From the NCBI RefSeq assembly GCF_036321535.1, contig NC_087472.1, positions 98,148,001 to 98,212,000 of the forward strand: a DNA stretch of 64,000 nt. The letters run 5' to 3'. Position numbers and translations under genes: made by a program. The DNA is from Camelus dromedarius (lineage: Eukaryota). Shown here in pieces: positions 53,843 through 64,000 of this stretch. Under the pieces are notes generated by a model. The model worked only from the letters and a program-made list of their open reading frames with translations, ran no database searches and was not told the DNA's origin. Position 1 is the stretch's first letter. Each line of letters begins with the position of its first letter.

Positions 53843-54534
53843 CTAAATCAGAGAGAGAGAAGCAAACAATAGGATTCGTAAGTCCTTCTGAGGGTCCCAC
53901 TCATTTTAAGGTCTCCAATAAATGAGAACAATTATAGCTTTAGATAAAAGTTCATCTCTGAAAATGAGATAAGGCTTTAGTACTTTCACAAATTGCACTG
54001 AGTTCTATTTATAGATCCATTAGGTCATTATCTTTCTACCTCATTTACCGAGCCATTTTCAAATTATTAGAGTATGAAGCAATAGAAAGCAGTGAGACCA
54101 ATTTCTCATTAGTGACACAGTCATTATATCAACACCATGCAATTAGCAAAGATTCATACACATAACCCATTCAAAATAAGTTTTCCCAATAGTCACCACT
54201 GTGTTGAGAATGAAGTATCAAAAAGATAATGTTCTGGATTTCCAGAATGGCTTAAACTATGACCCTCCTAAGAGTCTAAGACATTGACACAGAACTATAT
54301 TCATACCCCCTGTGCTTTCCCCTAAACCTGTGATTTATTTTAAGGTATAAGAGAACAAAAGTCTGTTCAGGATATATACACTAAGGATATTCCCCAGTTC
54401 TAGTCTTTGTCAAACATTTTCTCTTGACTTCATGGTTCTTTTTTCCCTTTCTTGTCAGTTTTTTTGTTTGTTTGTTTTTGCCTCCCCAGCACCTAAGGGT
54501 GGTCAATGAGACAGTGGAATTCTGCCAGCAAAGT

Positions 54535-54860
54535 TTTTTTTTTAAGCTGAAGTATACTTGATTTACAGTATTGTGTTAGTTTCAGGTGTACAGCGAAGTG
54601 ATTCAATTATATACATATTTTTCAGATTATTTTCCATTATAGGTTATTATAAAAATTGAATATATTTCCCTGCACTGTACAGTAAATCCTTGTTGCTTAT
54701 CTATTTTATGTATAGTTTGTCTCTGTTAATCCAATACTCCTAATTTATCCTTCCCCTTCTCTCTTCTCCTTTGGTAACCATAATTTTATGTCTATGAGTC
54801 TGCTTCTGTTTTGTATATAAATTCGTTTGTATTATTTTTTAGGTTCCACATAAGTGATAT
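54535..54860 (-). mobile_element. LINE-1 3' end fragment
   Basis: T-run then GAAGTATACTTGATTTACAGTATTGTGTTAGTTTCAGGTGTACAGC...TTCCACATAAGTGATAT. Confidence 0.85.
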
Positions 54861-57701
54861 TTGGTTCAGGACAATCAAGTATAAACAGAGTGACCCTGCT
54901 CCTTCAACTTTCTTCCAGCCTATAACTTAGATGTGTTATTTGGAGCTGCAAAAGCCACTATGACCATAAAAAAATAAAAATAAAAGATGAAGAGAATCAG
55001 ATGCTGACCAAGACACAGTAGAGCTGCTGAACAAACACAGTATCTGCCTAGGTCTAGAGCAGTGATTCCCAATCTTTAATGTGCATATGAATCATAGCGG
55101 GGGCTTTGTTAAAATGCAGATTTTCATTCAGTAGGTCTGGGCTAGGGCTTATCATTTGAGCACAATTTTCCCCCAAGGGCTTTTCATAATGGATTTAGAA
55201 AACATGATGGGTATTTTAATATTACCTATTTCCTTTTAACCTCTGAAGTTAACATTTGGAAGAATACTGAATATATGTGCTGATCCCATTCCTTCATAAG
55301 ACCTTCACTATCAGTATGCCTCAAAATAACCAAGTACAATGTGTAAGATGAAAATTATTCACAAATAAAGTAGCCTGTGATGTAAGCATTCCTCAGGATG
55401 GCATTTCCAAACCAACCAGCCAGCCAGCCACGGGCAAGTGGGTAGACAGAACTATTCCGAGAGCTGGCCTTGGCGGTTTTAACTTAGCACATTCGCTCAG
55501 CATGTTGTCATCCTTCAGTGCCAGCCTGTTTAGTAACCCATCATCTAGGGTCCTGCAGTGGGATTTGGCCAAAGTGCCCTTCACCAGCATATAATTTGGT
55601 TTCAACATCAAGTTCACCACGAGAGTATATAAACACCACATGTGTAATTTAAGATTCACAAATAGAAAACACTGCCTGGTTGTTTTTAGAACACCTCACT
55701 CCTAGGGAAGCTATAGAATGGGAATGCCACCAAGGTTCACAGTTTAAGATTTTCCTTGCCATCTTAAAGTTGACACCACGCTCTCTCTTTACAGAAGGTA
55801 TATGGGAAGACTGCCTAATAAAGAATGTGGTAAGGAAATAGGTTAGTTTCAATTTGTTTTTCCCCAACACTGTCATAAAGCAGTTTAAAAAAGAAAAAGA
55901 AAAAACACAGATACCTATCCAAAAAAAGTAACATGATACATTTCACTGTCCTGGGTATTTAAATGAAACTACATTGTTCTTAAGGCACATGGGAGATGCA
56001 GAACAAAAATCTAATAGAAAATAATTAATCTATTAAGGATGAGAGGAAGGGAATAATGTGGCAAGATACGGGCACCCCTAGTGGGTAAATCCCAATACAG
56101 TAGTTTCTGTCCTAGAAGGTTCTCCTTGCCCCAAGTTACCTGTGGGTGACATTTGCTTTTTTACTTTATAGATTTCAGTATTGTACCTTTTAAACAGCTT
56201 GTGTGATTTCTGTAATATTAAAGAAAACAAAAACAAAAAAAACAGCACAGCTCTGGAAGAATATATCCTTAGTAACACCATCTTTATCAAGTTCAAAAGC
56301 AAGCAAAATTAAATACTACGATGAGTTAGTAAACCACACATACGTGAAACATCTATGAAGAACAGCACAGAACAATAGAAAAAGAAATAACACTAAAGAT
56401 GAGTTACTCCCGAAGGTGGTCAAGAGATCGGGGGGGAGGTAGACATGTCAGGGGTACTGGTACTGTCCAGGTCTGCAGGGGGTGAGCGGTTAGTATTTTT
56501 GTATCATAAGTTACATGAATGTCACATGAATGTCACATACATATTTTTGTACTTTCAAATAACTTAGTTTTGGTTTTGTTTTTAATGGGGAGTAGGGTAA
56601 AAGGCGGAGGGAGGCCAAGCCACAGGATCTGCCTCCTCATCCCTAAAAGCAATTCTTCCCCAGATTCAAATTGCCTTGGCCAACCTGCCAGAGGTGGCTG
56701 CACCCCCACACTCCAGTACACTTTTCCTAGTTTTGTGGCCCCTTGACAAGGCTGTCTGCAGGTAGCCACAGTGACACCAGCGACACCAGGAATTCACCAC
56801 TGTAATGCAAGCAATTTTAGGCAGGAACATTTAGCTTTTGTCTGTCACCAAGTAAGAGGTCCAACATTTTCATCCCATCTTTAACCTTATTCCATTCTTA
56901 AGCTACAGGCTCAGGGAAGAGGGCGGTTGTGAATCCAGGCCATCTCCTGAGCATACCATGTGGCAGCATAAGAAAACATTACACTGTGGCAATGACATCA
57001 GTACATCCCAAGTCAAACCACACTGTGCTCCTGACTTGACTACTGCTTCTTCAAAGGCCTACGCCCCCAGTCTGCATGACACATTCAACAACCCAAGGTC
57101 CAGTGGGATTCCTGGGTATCATAAAATAGGATCGCCTTGAGTTTCCAAGTGTTATGAACAGAGGGACAGGAAACAAGTCCTAATACATCTTTTGGACAAT
57201 TCTTAGAAACCAGCACAGCCCTGAGTATTTAATGGCATTTTTGGTAAAAGTTGGTTGGCAAGGGGAAGTTATCAAAACCTCGATCATTATAATTACAAAT
57301 GGGCAGTGGTCAATTGTCAAGCAAGCATTTCCATGACTAGTCCATACTGAGAAAGCCAATCCCCCAGGAAAGCAGTCTACCAGGCAAATAGTCACAACAA
57401 AAGATAATAGTCACACTTTCTTCCTAATTGCACCTGTTGTCTTCTACAAACTGACTGGTCTGCAGTAGATCCCAACTTTTTCAGCCTTTTTGGATTAAAG
57501 ACCCCAGAGCCTCATTCTCCCTCCAGTTAAGTTCCTTGAGATGTCTTTCTATTGGCAGGAACATAAAAAGAACTAAATTCTGTCAATATATGCTCTGACT
57601 GAGAAATATCCACTCATGAAAAACCTAATTCACTGAATTTGGGTTGCTTTTACAAGAATAAGACGACTTTGAACAGGTTTCACTGTAGATTTCCTGTAAA
57701 G

Positions 57702-57905
57702 CAGGGGTCAGCAAACTTTTGTCAAGGACCAGACAGAAAACATTTTAGGCTTTGCAGGTCCTGTTGTTCATCACAGGTATTCCAAGCTGCTGCTGGAGCG
57801 CGAATGCAGCCAGAGCTGCTGTGACGAACGGACGTGGCTGTGTGCCAAGAAAACTGCAAAAACAAGCAGCAGGTGAGATGGAGCCCATGCTTCACAGATA
57901 CCTGC
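57702..57905. mobile_element. MER58A-like hAT MITE
   Basis: CAGGGGTCAGCAAACTTTT...TTTTAGGCTTTGCAGG...TGGCTGTGTGCCAA. Confidence 0.78.
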
Positions 57906-58443
57906 TTTTAAACAGTCAGTTCTAGAATGTGTTTCAAATTTCAAAACATCAGGGGTTTAAAAAAAAAAATCCGTTCATAGACAGTTGCCTCTTCTCAAAG
58001 CTTCCCAACACTGTCACCAAGTGTGAGGTCTACGAAAATCTGCCACGTGTTGGGGGGGCTTACGTGCAGGGGGAGGAGGAAGAAAACAGGCTGGGCTAGA
58101 CACTAAATCAAGGTGTCTCTCAGAGTTGCCAAGTTGCTTTCAGGATTATCTTAGATCTCATCAGCTGTCGAGGGTCTGCTTAAAAATGCCTCCTCAAGAG
58201 AATAAGGTTAGGCTCTCTCTAGCAGTTCTTGACTTTTAAATATACCAGTGCTTTAAAAAAAAAAAAAAAAAAAAGGCGGGGGGGATGTAGGAGTCTCCTG
58301 AAAATGCTTAAGAATTACAGGGACCAGAGGGCAATACTAAGTAAATGCTTCTCTTCTGCTTATGGATCAAGGGGTCTTTGTACCCAATAAAGAGAATGAA
58401 TCATCAATTAGCTGCTTTTGCTGTCCTTTTCAAAATGTTAAGG

Positions 58444-58705
58444 ACTTCAGTAGGAGACACACTAACTTCAGTAGGAGAAACACTAACTTCAACCTTTCTT
58501 TTAAAGTTAAGAATCCTGTAGAAAATGACGAAAACACAATCCGCTTCCATCTGGTGGCAGCAGCTCATACTACAGCCAAAGCAGTTTACGAAATTTTTGT
58601 TGATGGCTTTTCCATTAAGAATCTCCTAGAGGATGGGGGGGGGGGGGGGGGAACACACAATCTCTGTCTCCATCTGGTGGCAGCAGCTCATACTACAGCC
58701 CAAGC
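58444..58705. repeat. Local duplications in SMS intron 9: a 21-bp tandem repeat and a 32-bp direct repeat around a G17 run
   Basis: ACTTCAGTAGGAGA(C/A)ACACTA x2.3 at 58444-58491; TCCATCTGGTGGCAGCAGCTCATACTACAGCC at 58546-58577 and 58669-58700. Confidence 0.92.
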
Positions 58706-59339
58706 CCAAGGCTGATAAATCGGGGCAGCTGCGTAACAGGACACAACAGAACCCATTAATTCCCGAAAGATAACATGTCAGCGATTTACAAACTCAGTGC
58801 TTGAGAGAATATAATCCAATTATGCTGTTCTATCCTTAACAAACCTAAATTTCAACAATACGCATTCAAATTTCAAAATACAAAATCTCTTTTTCCCCCC
58901 CGGTACAATAGGGCTTTATTTATCCACTTCTATACTACATCTTCAACTACCTTCTTTCATATTGAGAATGCTGGGCATGACGGAATTAAAATATTGCATA
59001 ACTGCTCAATTGCTGTATGCCACATGACAAATACAACCACCTCTGAATAACAATACTAATACCATCACCTCCAATATGATTACTGAAAATGCATAAAGAT
59101 GTTTGCATATGCTTGTCCCATTCTCTCCCGCCCACCGTTATTTGTAGTAGTTGAGCCACCTCTACATTGTCAGAGCACATAGCCGTCACATACTGTACCT
59201 CCTTCCTTTTAACCTTCATCTCCAAGTTAACTAGAGTTAGTGCTACCACTTAGTCTTCATGTCAATGTCTCTCTAGGTATTTTGGTTGTCTGAAACACAA
59301 AATACAAAATTATCTTTGAGTTTGGGGGAAAAACAGTTA

Positions 59340-59438
<99 letters not shown>

Positions 59439-60117
59439 TTAAAAAAAAAAATTTGTTTTATAAACGTAGGTTTTTCATGCCTCAGAAACATCTAAAGTCC
59501 AACATTCACATGAATACTCAACAATACAAAAAAATAGTCATGCACTTAAGATCTAATATTCGAGAGCTTATTCGTGGATGGTAAGGTACCGTCATATATT
59601 CTGTGTTCTGCACACACGTGCACATACATGCATGTACAGGCAAAGTCAAAAGCAAACGTGCGTGTACGTGGCACTGTTCTCACAATACCCAGCAAGATTT
59701 GACACAAAGGCAGTGGTTGAAATCTGAAAGACAACAGCTTTAAGTAAGGGGGAAAGCAGCAGCATCCTGAGAGAGAAATCCCAAGGGTCAGCAAGGGTCA
59801 TGAGGTGTGGACCCAAGTCTGGCAACTCAGCAGGCAGACCAGGTAATAAAAAAACATTAACATGGAAATCCTAAGCATGCAGTGATTTCGAGTGTATGGC
59901 TTGAGAAGGGGAATTGTGCCTGGTGTTGCTTAGAAAGGTCACCAGATTGTCCCAGTATAAGGTAAAAAAAATTAGATTATGTAAATCAACGATCAAACAA
60001 GCTAATGCCTCAATGGTATGATTATGAATCATTTTATTTCATGTTTGCTTTAAATGACTAAGTTAATTTTGTTCATTTAGTGGCAGAACAGGATTTGACC
60101 AAAGCCACATCCAGTTA

Positions 60118-60549
<432 letters not shown>

Positions 60550-60699
60550 TCAGGGCTCAGCGCTGGCTTTAAGTGCTTCTCATTTACCCTGAACTCATTT
60601 CAGGTTCTGTGATCATCCCCATTTTACAAATGGAGAAGAAACACACGAGAAAGGTCACATCACTTATTAAATCTCCTTTTCCCAAACTGAAGACACCTT

Positions 60700-61800
60700 A
60701 GGCTGTATATTAGCTTTGCGTGTACAAATACACACTCAGACATCGTCAAGTCTCCATGCCATCCCTCTTTCTTTTTCATCATACCTCTTGTCTACTATGC
60801 TTCACAGTAAATAAAAGGGCCAATCTCCCTTCACTATGATTATTCAAAAAAAATTTTTTTGGCTATTCTTAGATATTTATGGTTATAAATGAACTTCAAA
60901 ATGATTTGGTCTAATTCTAAAAACCCCCTTGGAATTCTGATTTTCATCCAAGAAATAACATCTCTCTCCACATACTCACACTTCAGTTGCTGTCTTTCAA
61001 CAAGATCTTAATTCTTATCAGCCTCACAATACCATTCTTGTTAAATTTATTCCTCCATACTCAACAATTGGTCATTATTTTGAATTGGATTTCCGGCCCA
61101 CCCTCCATGCTCAATTTCCATTTAAGCTTTTGCATTTAGAATAAGGAAAAAAGTTTGTCTGCCTTTATCCAATCACACCACCACATTCTGATGAATTCAT
61201 CTTGTTTTCTAGGTGAGTTTCCTTTATTTTCTGAGCATTCATCCTCTGCAAGTAATCTGATTTTTTCTATATTCATACTATTTTCCTTCCTTACTGCATT
61301 AATGACTCAAAGAAAACATTAAATAAAACAATCCTCCTCTTGTTCCTAATTTTAGTGGAAATGCCTTATATCAAATGGCAAAATATGTAACATTTTTACA
61401 TTTGATTCTATTATGTTTAGGTAGTTTCCCTTCTATTGCAATTTTATCTTACCAAACAAGTCTTTATTAAGACTGCTAAATATTCCCAAGTGCTTTGTCA
61501 TCTGTAAATACCAATGTTACTATTTATATACCAAATTGCGTTAAAATTCTTATCTTTACATTTATTAACTAAATCTTTTTTGGACATAATATGTAAGTCT
61601 TTAAATTGCTAGATTTAACCTACTGCTCTTTTACTTGGAAATCTTGTGCATATATAAAAAATCTTTAGTTTTCTTTCTGTACTGCCTTAATGATTTTAGT
61701 ATTAAAATCTATCATTATAAAAGGAATAGGAGTGCTTTGAAACATTTTTTATTTTCTAGAAAAGGTTAACACAGTAATTAACTATTTTTTCAATGATAAA
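60700..61800 (-). mobile_element. Ancient L1 remnant
   Basis: T-rich antisense L1-like text (CTTGTTAAATTTATTCCT; TCTTGTTCCTAATTTTAGTGGAAATGC). Confidence 0.6.
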
Positions 61801-62444
61801 CAGCTGCAAGGACCTGGTTTGTTTTAATAGCAGTATTTTAATGGCTAAGGGGTTTGTCTACTGCTGCCCAACAGAGCAGGAATACCCACCCTTCGAGAGC
61901 TCCAGGAACTCTTCCGCCTCAGAAGGATTTTCCAGGCTCCCCCTGGTGGTGGTTTTGTTCCAGAAAGGTGGGGACGCGGTGCGGTTTAAAATATTTTGTG
62001 TTCTCTAAAATGCCCCTCTATTTATGTCACTATCTGCCTTTGGTACTCTACCTTCAGATGCAGCCACAAGGTGAGAAGTTATTTTCTGGGGCCATTTGTA
62101 AATCTTCCCACTTATATCTGTATCTGGCCTCTAATTACAGCAGTCTACAACACAGTACTGCAGCTTTGGGTTTGTGGTCCTAGTTAGTTTTTTCTTAGTC
62201 CATGTAAGGAAGCCACAGAAGGAGCCAGGAAGACATGAATTTGAATCACTCCTCTAAAGTTACCCCACAACCCTGAATCAATGTCCTTCAAAACTCTCCA
62301 CTGTCTTCTTCCATAAGACTAGAAACATTTGGTACAGGTGTGAGGTTTAAACGTTTAAACACTTCAGGCAGGGTAATTTTTAGCTCACAGTCAAACAAGT
62401 CTACCATGCTCTAAAGACCCTAATTTCTCCTTTTGTTCTTTCAC

Positions 62445-62965
62445 GTGTACATTATATTTTGACTTCTGTGTACACTACAGCCTTCTCACCACCCAGCACC
62501 ATACAGCTGATCCTCTTTACCCATTTCACCCTCCCCACCCCCCCCACCTCCACCCCACCGCCTTCTCAGAAGCAATACTCTATTCTCTGTACCTATGTAT
62601 TTTTGTTTGGTTTGGTTTGTTCATTTATTTTTTTAAAATCTTTTTATATTCCATGTGAGTGAAATCATACATTATTTTTCTTTCTCTGGCTATTTCACTT
62701 AGTATAATTCCCTCAAGGTCTATCCATGTTGTCACAAATGGCAGGATTTCTTTTTTTTTTTTTTAAATGGCTGAATAGAATTCCATTGCATATATATACC
62801 ACACCATGATCTTTATCCAGTCATGTGTTGATGGACACTCGGGTTGCTTCCATATCTCAGCTATTGTCAATAGTGCTGCTATGAATGGGGTGGGGGGGTG
62901 TAAGTATCTTTTCTAGTGCTTCTGTTTTCTTCAGATAAATAACCAGGAGTGGAATTGCTGGATCC
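62445..62965 (-). mobile_element. L1MA-type 3' fragment
   Basis: TATTTCACTTAGTATAATTCCCTCAAGGTCTATCCATGTTGTCACAAATGGCAGGATTTC...GGAGTGGAATTGCTGGATC. Confidence 0.82.
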
Positions 62966-63676
62966 TCCCTCCCTTTTTAACCTTTCAAATAGTGAAAGTG
63001 AAATATGTATCTTTCTTTCCCTTTTCCCCATAAAACCATCTCAACTGCATTTTAACGTAGACATAATTCCTCTCTCAGCTTAAAAAATTAACGTGATATG
63101 AAAAAATTACTATGAAATGAAATTTGGAGGCACACACAGAAGATGCCATAGGGTAAGTTAGTTATTCATATAACAAATTAAAGCACTCATCGAGATTGTT
63201 TATAAAACTGGAGATACACATTTAAGATTTCGGTCAAATAAAATAATGTATTTGCTTAGCTATCTTGCTCTACCAAGCACTGTAGGTATGAGCACTGAAC
63301 ATATGCATCCTGCAAGTACAATACAAGAGCTATCCTACAAACTGTAATGATTGGATAACTTGCAAGCACAGCAGAATTTAGGACAGAAACTAACTTGCTG
63401 TGCAAGAAGCAGTGATTTCAACATCAAACATTTTAATCATCTACGCCTTCCAATTAAATCTCTGAATTCTCTCTGAAAGACTCACAGAGAGCATCAGGCT
63501 AGAGGGACAAAGGTGGTGGAATGCCAGGTCATAAAAAGGTACATGACATCTTTTATAAAAGAATGAATTAATGTTATTAAATTCAGAGAATCTGGAGTTG
63601 GTAATTTCCTTTTTTAATGATAGGTACACACCTTCCCTGAATACAAATGTATAGAGAACTCAGAGAGAACGAAGGA

Positions 63677-64000
63677 TGATGGCAGAACAGGCCACCTCAA
63701 AATACGAAGCTTTGGCATATTGACTATTTTGAGCTGTAAGCACTTGGGAAAAAGCAAATGTAGCCAGAGACTTTCTCTGAACTCTTTATCTGAAGACAGA
63801 GCCTCCAAAAGCAACTCAATTGTCATAGATCCCCTTCCTGAGAGATTCATCCAGGGTAGCTGGCCTCTTATCACAGAAGAGGAGACCGACACCACACCCA
63901 GACAAACTTTGTCACAAACTATCACACCTCCTTATCTACTCTTCTAAGGGCACTGTTCATTTTTCCTAAGTCATTTACTCCCCCCAAGACACCTACGCCC
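63677..64000 (+). mobile_element. ERV1-class LTR (MER34-like), truncated by the window edge
   Basis: GCCACCTCAAAATACG...TTTGGCATATTGACTATTTTGAGCTG start typical of MER34/MER39-type LTRs. Confidence 0.62.

Overview
Mammalian (eutherian) genomic DNA, most likely camelid judging by the abundant young tRNA-derived SINE. By synteny with the SMS-PHEX pair of other eutherians it is probably X-linked. Two genes lie on the minus strand in tandem. At the right end are the last four exons of SMS (spermine synthase; exons 8-11 by human numbering, 60390..52250) with 3' UTR and poly(A) signal. About 23 kb downstream are the promoter and first three exons of PHEX (28087..16707); PHEX intron 3 runs off the left edge. 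The rest is intronic or intergenic DNA filled with SINEs, L1/L2 fragments, MIRs, MaLR/ERV LTRs and old DNA transposons. Repeat family names come from visual recall of consensus sequences and their boundaries are approximate. I see no convincing new biological system. The most striking signal is the last SMS intron, a minor-spliceosome (U12-type) intron with non-canonical AT...AG ends. Other points of interest are an overlapping uORF and a second in-frame Met at the PHEX start, a CpG-dense 30-bp minisatellite in PHEX intron 2, a candidate poison exon in PHEX intron 3, a cluster of three young L1 insertions forming inverted repeats, and a duplicated CTCF-like 32-mer in SMS intron 9. Nearly all ORFs in the supplied track are spurious.
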